From NCBI GenBank assembly GCA_018649885.1, contig JABIHA010000138.1:1-64000 (forward strand): a stretch of DNA of 64,000 nt. The letters are read 5' to 3'. This stretch comes from Bacteriovoracaceae bacterium. Lineage in GTDB: Bacteria; Bdellovibrionota; Bacteriovoracia; Bacteriovoracales; Bacteriovoracaceae. The position numbers were made by a program, and so were the translations under genes. This document shows, piece after piece, positions 59,430 to 64,000 of the stretch; within the stretch, counting starts at the first letter, position 1, and every line of letters starts with the position of its first letter. A model generated the notes under the pieces. The model was not told the origin of the DNA and did not search any database. It saw only the letters and a program-made list of their open reading frames with translations.

Positions 59430-61153
59430 AAGTCTTAGTACATGCACACGATGCACCTAATACATTTTTAAGTAAGTATATAATCTCATATGACCATAAA
59501 GTGATTGCTAAGCAATTTTTATGGTTGGGCATGGTATTTCTCGCTATAGGCGGATTGATGGCCATGTTGATAAGGTGGACTTTGGCAAATCCAGGTGTTC
59601 CGATGCCTTTTTTTGGCCATCTTCTCTTCCCAAATAGTGGCGGAGTTGTTCCCCCCGATTCATATGCCATGCTCTTTACTGAACATGGAACAATTATGAT
59701 TTTTTGGGCCATCACTCCCATACTTATTGGGGCCTTTGGCAATCTTTTGATTCCCCTTCAAATTGGTGCCAGGGATATGATTTTTCCCACGCTCAATATG
59801 CTCTCTTTTCATTTTACCTTTGTTTCAGGTGTCATTATGCTATTAGCACTTTGTACACCTCTTGGTGGTGCTGCTGGTGGATGGACTGCCTACCCCACTC
59901 TTTCGTTGAATTTGGGTAGCCCTGGAGCGGGACAAACCTTGTGGGCCATCGCTATTTTTCTTTTTGGTATTTCTTCAACTATGGGGGCCATCAATTATAT
60001 CACGACAGTGATATGCCTTAGGGCCCCAGGCATGGGTTATTTTGATATGCCTCTTGCTGTATGGGGACTTCTTTTAACAGCGATTTTAAATGCTATCTTT
60101 GTTCCAGTTCTTGGAGCAGGTGGGCTACTGCTTGTTTTTGATAGGGTATTTGAAACCCAATATTTCTTGGCGGGAGCTGCTGCTACTTCTGGAACAGGGG
60201 ATCCTATTTTATTCCAACACGTATTTTGGATCTTTGGTCACCCCGAAGTGTACATCCTTATACTGCCGGCTTGGGGAATTGTTTCAGATCTTTTGTCTTT
60301 CTTTTCAAGAAAACCAGCATTTGGATATAAGGCCACTGCACTTTCAATGTGTGCTATTACCGTTTTGTCTACACTCGTTTACGGTCACCACATGTTTACG
60401 ACTCAGATGTCACCACTTCTTACTCAAAGTTTTATGACTCTTACAATGACGATCTCAATTCCATCGGCCATCTTTTTCGCCAATTGGCTTGGGACTTTAT
60501 ACAAAGGATCGATCCGCTTCACTTCTCCCATGCTTTTTTCATTGGGAGTTGTTTTTGTTTTCGGTCTAGGTGGTTTAACAGGTCTTTATCTTGGAACTAC
60601 TACCACAGACTTCTATCTTCACGACACTTACTTTGTTGTGGGTCACTTTCATTACACCATGGCAGCTTCTGTATTTTTAGCTGGCTTTGGAGCAATCTAT
60701 TTTTGGTGGCCAAAAATGTACGGTACGATGCTTAATGAGAGGCTTGCTAAAGCTCATTTTTGGGCAACCATACTTCCTCTCAACGGTGTGTTTATGGGGA
60801 TGATGATGATGGGCTATGCGGGGATGCATAGAAGACTTTACAATCCCTTCATCTATGACTTTCTTAAAAAACTAATACCAATGAATAATTTTGTTACAAC
60901 TTGTGCGATCCTAATGGGTTTTGCACAGATTTTCTTTATCACCAATCTTATTTGGACTTATTTTAAAGGTGAGCAGGCTTCTGATAATCCGTGGGAAGTG
61001 GGAACACTTGAATGGACTACACCTTCTCCGGTTCCACACTATAACTTTAAATCTATCCCAATTGTTAAGTGTGGACCCCACGAACTTGGGAATCCTAAAT
61101 TGACTACGGGAAGAGACTTTCAATATCAGACAGAGGAATTGGTAGAAGTTTAA
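59426..61153 (+). CDS. coxA: Cytochrome c oxidase subunit I (A-family)
   Basis: HG, GWTAYP, FGHPEVY, HHMF, HDTY, HFHY, RR. Confidence 0.95.
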   Translation: MKVLVHAHDAPNTFLSKYIISYDHKVIAKQFLWLGMVFLAIGGLMAMLIRWTLANPGVPMPFFGHLLFPNSGGVVPPDSYAMLFTEHGTIMIFWAITPILIGAFGNLLIPLQIGARDMIFPTLNMLSFHFTFVSGVIMLLALCTPLGGAAGGWTAYPTLSLNLGSPGAGQTLWAIAIFLFGISSTMGAINYITTVICLRAPGMGYFDMPLAVWGLLLTAILNAIFVPVLGAGGLLLVFDRVFETQYFLAGAAATSGTGDPILFQHVFWIFGHPEVYILILPAWGIVSDLLSFFSRKPAFGYKATALSMCAITVLSTLVYGHHMFTTQMSPLLTQSFMTLTMTISIPSAIFFANWLGTLYKGSIRFTSPMLFSLGVVFVFGLGGLTGLYLGTTTTDFYLHDTYFVVGHFHYTMAASVFLAGFGAIYFWWPKMYGTMLNERLAKAHFWATILPLNGVFMGMMMMGYAGMHRRLYNPFIYDFLKKLIPMNNFVTTCAILMGFAQIFFITNLIWTYFKGEQASDNPWEVGTLEWTTPSPVPHYNFKSIPIVKCGPHELGNPKLTTGRDFQYQTEELVEV

Positions 61154-61740
61154 TGGAAACAATTGATTTAACCATAGATCCAAAGAAAAGAAAGATAGCT
61201 GGTGAGGTCGCTTCAACTGTGGCCATGGTGTCTTTTGCTATGCTTTTTGGAACTCTGTTTATGGGCTACGCTGTTTTTAGGGCCCAACAAGTTGTTTGGC
61301 CCCCTATGGGTCTTAGTCTTCCTCCACTTTTTTATCCAACTCAGTCTACTATTGTGATTGGAATCAGTTCACTATTTTATGAGGGATTTCGTCATTTTGT
61401 AGAAAGGGACGATTTAGGGAAGGCAAAAATTTGTCTTGTGGCCACACTTGCATTTGGGCTGGCCTTTATTTTTTGTCAGGTGAAGTTGTGGGAAGTGTTA
61501 GAGCTCTCAGGAGTTTATCATTACTCTGGAATTTTTGGCTCTGTGGTTTTTGGTTATACATGGATTCATACTGCTCATGTTGTGCTGGGAATTAGCTCTC
61601 TATTGTATTTAGTTTTACCCACTTTTTTTGGGGTTTTAGGTTCTGCAAATTTAAAAAGCTCAGCAGGACATATAGGAAAGTTTTGGCACTTTTTAGGTAT
61701 AGTCTGGTTAATAGTTTATTTAATGATATTTTTATTTTAA
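61153..61740 (+). CDS. coxC: Cytochrome c oxidase subunit III (short)
   Basis: IHTAHV, FWHFLGIVW. Confidence 0.88.
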   Translation: METIDLTIDPKKRKIAGEVASTVAMVSFAMLFGTLFMGYAVFRAQQVVWPPMGLSLPPLFYPTQSTIVIGISSLFYEGFRHFVERDDLGKAKICLVATLAFGLAFIFCQVKLWEVLELSGVYHYSGIFGSVVFGYTWIHTAHVVLGISSLLYLVLPTFFGVLGSANLKSSAGHIGKFWHFLGIVWLIVYLMIFLF

Positions 61741-61756
61741 TAAAAGGTTCAACTTT

Positions 61757-62641
61757 ATGAATCAGAAAATTTTTGTTCTGTTTGCATTATCTCTAAGTCT
61801 TGTCTCATGTATGCAAAGCCATGAGCTTCCAGAAGAAATTACTTTGGCGGGAGCAGGCGTTGTTACAAAAGATACACTTTATTTGGGTAAAACAACTTAT
61901 ATGGAATATTGTTTTGCCTGCCACGGTGTAAATGGAGATGGTAAAGGTGTTGCCTCAAAAGGTTTAATTCCACCACCAAGAGATTTCACTCAGGGTATTT
62001 ATAAATTTGGTTGGGTTATGGCAGGTGATTTGCCTACAGATGATGACTTTAAGAGAATTATTAGAAAAGGCCTTCATGGAACGGCGATGCTTAAGTGGGA
62101 TATTGGAGACAAGAGATTAAATGCTGTTATTCAGTACTTAAAAACTTTTGCACCTAAAGTGTGGAAAGGTAGTGATAAAAAAGTCGGCAAATGGGTAGAT
62201 ATTGGAGCTGATCCCTACACCATAGCAAGAAAGAGTCATGCCATCGCCAAGGGAGCTGAAGTCTATCACAGCGTAGCTATGTGTCAGACATGTCACAGAG
62301 CTTATGGCACAAAAGCTGAGTTAAGCCGCTGGAATCAAAAATATAACGGTGAGCCTTTGACAGAATTCGACCAAGATATGTACAAACTCAAGACACAAGA
62401 ATCTGAGTTTGGCGTTAATACCCTTCCGCCGGATTTTACCTGGCATGAGGTGAGATCCGCAGATACTGTAAGCGAGATTGCCCTTAGGGTGGCAGCTGGA
62501 GTATCAGGTACAGCAATGCCAGCTTGGAAAGATACCATTGAAGACAATGAAATTTGGGCCGTGTCCTATTACATTCGAAGCTTGATGGATCTTAAACACA
62601 CCCCTGGTAGGGCCTCTCTCATGAGGAAGCTGGAGAACTAA
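61757..62641 (+). CDS. Diheme cytochrome c lipoprotein
   Basis: Lipobox LVSC; CFACH...GTAM and CQTCH...GTAMP. Confidence 0.88.
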   Translation: MNQKIFVLFALSLSLVSCMQSHELPEEITLAGAGVVTKDTLYLGKTTYMEYCFACHGVNGDGKGVASKGLIPPPRDFTQGIYKFGWVMAGDLPTDDDFKRIIRKGLHGTAMLKWDIGDKRLNAVIQYLKTFAPKVWKGSDKKVGKWVDIGADPYTIARKSHAIAKGAEVYHSVAMCQTCHRAYGTKAELSRWNQKYNGEPLTEFDQDMYKLKTQESEFGVNTLPPDFTWHEVRSADTVSEIALRVAAGVSGTAMPAWKDTIEDNEIWAVSYYIRSLMDLKHTPGRASLMRKLEN

Positions 62642-62644
62642 AAA

Positions 62645-63292
62645 ATGGAATTAAGTGCAGGAAAAATTCGCCAAGATAATAAATTGCAAAAAGTTTTGGC
62701 CAGTAAGTGGTTTTGGGTTCTCTCAATTTGCTTTTTATTTTCCTATCCTCTTATAAGGGCGGTTAATAGAGAGCTTCCTCCACCCAGACCAACCCTATAT
62801 CAAGTTCCAGAGTTTACACTTAAAAATGAGATGAATAAGCCTTTTGGTTCAAAAGATCTTAAAGGCAAGGTATACGTGGCCAGTTTTTTCTTCACAAGTT
62901 GTTCTGCCACTTGTCCAAAACTTATGGCCAAGATGCAAAAAATCCAAAAAAGAGTTAGAGGTTTAAGACAAACCATTGCTCTTGTTTCTTTTACTGTTGA
63001 TCCAGAAGAAGATTCACCAGAAAAACTTTTTAAGTTTTCAAGAAAGTACAAGGCCAATCCCTATATTTGGCGTTTTTTAACTGGTGAACGAGAAGTTTTA
63101 ACGAAGCTTTTGGTAAAAGGTTTTAAGGTTCCCATGAGCGGAGTAAAAGATCCTGACATTGTTGATTTGGCCCACACTGAAAAGTTTGTCCTTGTTGATA
63201 AAGTTGGCGGGATAAAGGGTTATTATGGAACTGATCAAAGCGGTATTGATAGAATGATGATTGATATTGGGTTACTTGCTAATGGAATTTAA
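62645..63292 (+). CDS. SCO family copper chaperone
   Basis: FFTSCSATCP, TVDPEED, HTEKFVLVD. Confidence 0.92.
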   Translation: MELSAGKIRQDNKLQKVLASKWFWVLSICFLFSYPLIRAVNRELPPPRPTLYQVPEFTLKNEMNKPFGSKDLKGKVYVASFFFTSCSATCPKLMAKMQKIQKRVRGLRQTIALVSFTVDPEEDSPEKLFKFSRKYKANPYIWRFLTGEREVLTKLLVKGFKVPMSGVKDPDIVDLAHTEKFVLVDKVGGIKGYYGTDQSGIDRMMIDIGLLANGI

Positions 63293-63341
63293 ATTAGGCC
63301 CAAGATAGTTATAGCAATGGATTGTAAATTAGGAGTGAGCA

Positions 63342-63629
63342 GTGAGTGATCAAACAGAGCATAAGAGTCATAAGAAAGAATATTTCCTAGTCTTTTTGGC
63401 CCTTGGTGTACTGACTTTAATTGAACTTTTTATCCCTGGTACTAAAGGTCTTTCTACCTTTGCCAAGGGAAGCGCTCTGACTTTTTTAGCAGTTGGAAAG
63501 GCATGTCTTGTTGCCTATTTTTATATGCACCTAAAAGATGAGACAAGGTATATGAAATACCTTGCAATGGTTCCCATTTCTGCAGCTTTTTATGCTGTAG
63601 TCGTTGTCTTAGAATCAATGTTTCGCTAA
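63342..63629 (+). CDS. Cytochrome c oxidase subunit IV
   Basis: LTLIE, KACLVAYFYMHLKDE. Confidence 0.88.
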   Translation: MSDQTEHKSHKKEYFLVFLALGVLTLIELFIPGTKGLSTFAKGSALTFLAVGKACLVAYFYMHLKDETRYMKYLAMVPISAAFYAVVVVLESMFR

Positions 63630-63647
63630 TAATCGAGGTTTTTTACC

Positions 63648-63824
63648 ATGGCAGGAAAGCAACACCCCACATCACTGGCCAGCAGATCTATAGAAGATCT
63701 TGTTCATTACAAACCAGACCAATTTAAGTTTCCTACTTGGGGAGCGGTTATTGTATTGATCGCAGCTTTTATAATCTTAAAAATGTTTATTTATATAAAA
63801 GACTCTAAAAGGCATGGGAAATAA
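63648..63824 (+). CDS. 58-aa single-TM protein (not in ORF track)
   Basis: GAGG RBS; MAGKQHPTSLASRSIEDLVHYKPDQFKFPTWGAVIVLIAAFIILKMFIYIKDSKRHGK. Confidence 0.65.
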   Translation: MAGKQHPTSLASRSIEDLVHYKPDQFKFPTWGAVIVLIAAFIILKMFIYIKDSKRHGK

Positions 63825-63825
63825 T

Positions 63826-63999
63826 TTATTGACTGAGCTTTTCTTGCTCGTCTGTGCTGGCTTTACGCTCTTTTTTTAACGAGAGTTCCATTTCGCTGAT
63901 TTTTAATTTGAACTCACCGCATATTTCTAAAAACTGATCGATTTCTTTTTTACTAGGTCCTGTGGGTTTTAAATTGGGCCCAACACTTTTAGTTTGAAG
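63826..63999 (-). CDS. 3' end of a gene entering from beyond the window
   Basis: Open frame ...KKEIDQFLEICGEFKLKISEMELSLKKERKASTDEQEKLSQ*. Confidence 0.5.
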   Translation of the reverse strand, partial: LQTKSVGPNLKPTGPSKKEIDQFLEICGEFKLKISEMELSLKKERKASTDEQEKLSQ

Positions 64000-64000
64000 C

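Noticed and set aside
1..64000. tRNA, rRNA or riboswitch
   Set aside because: No cloverleaf or T-loop context and no rRNA-like stretch seen by eye; a covariance-model scan would be needed to exclude small RNAs

Overview
AT-rich bacterial chromosome segment. The gene content (TIGR02147-type HTH protein, many secreted orphans and hydrolases, sigma-54 promoters) suggests a predatory Bdellovibrionota-like organism; this is inference. 1-6.8 kb looks accessory: an ankyrin/Zn-ribbon gene, a phased ~30.7-bp repeat array closed by a perfect 23-bp inverted repeat and an IHF-consensus site, a 'mobile mystery' HTH/Fic pair with three operators, a frameshifted lipoprotein, and a complete ISNCY-like IS with terminal IRs and a 4-bp target duplication. 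The middle holds an opp ABC transporter and many secreted proteases, hydrolases and orphans. 47-55.6 kb is a full kynurenine/3-hydroxyanthranilate tryptophan-degradation cluster with an atypical SDR where the lower-pathway genes are absent. 57.6-63.8 kb is a heme-copper oxidase operon whose subunit I appears to lack the K-channel lysine. I saw no rRNA, tRNA or CRISPR array. All family assignments come from motifs read by eye; no database was searched.
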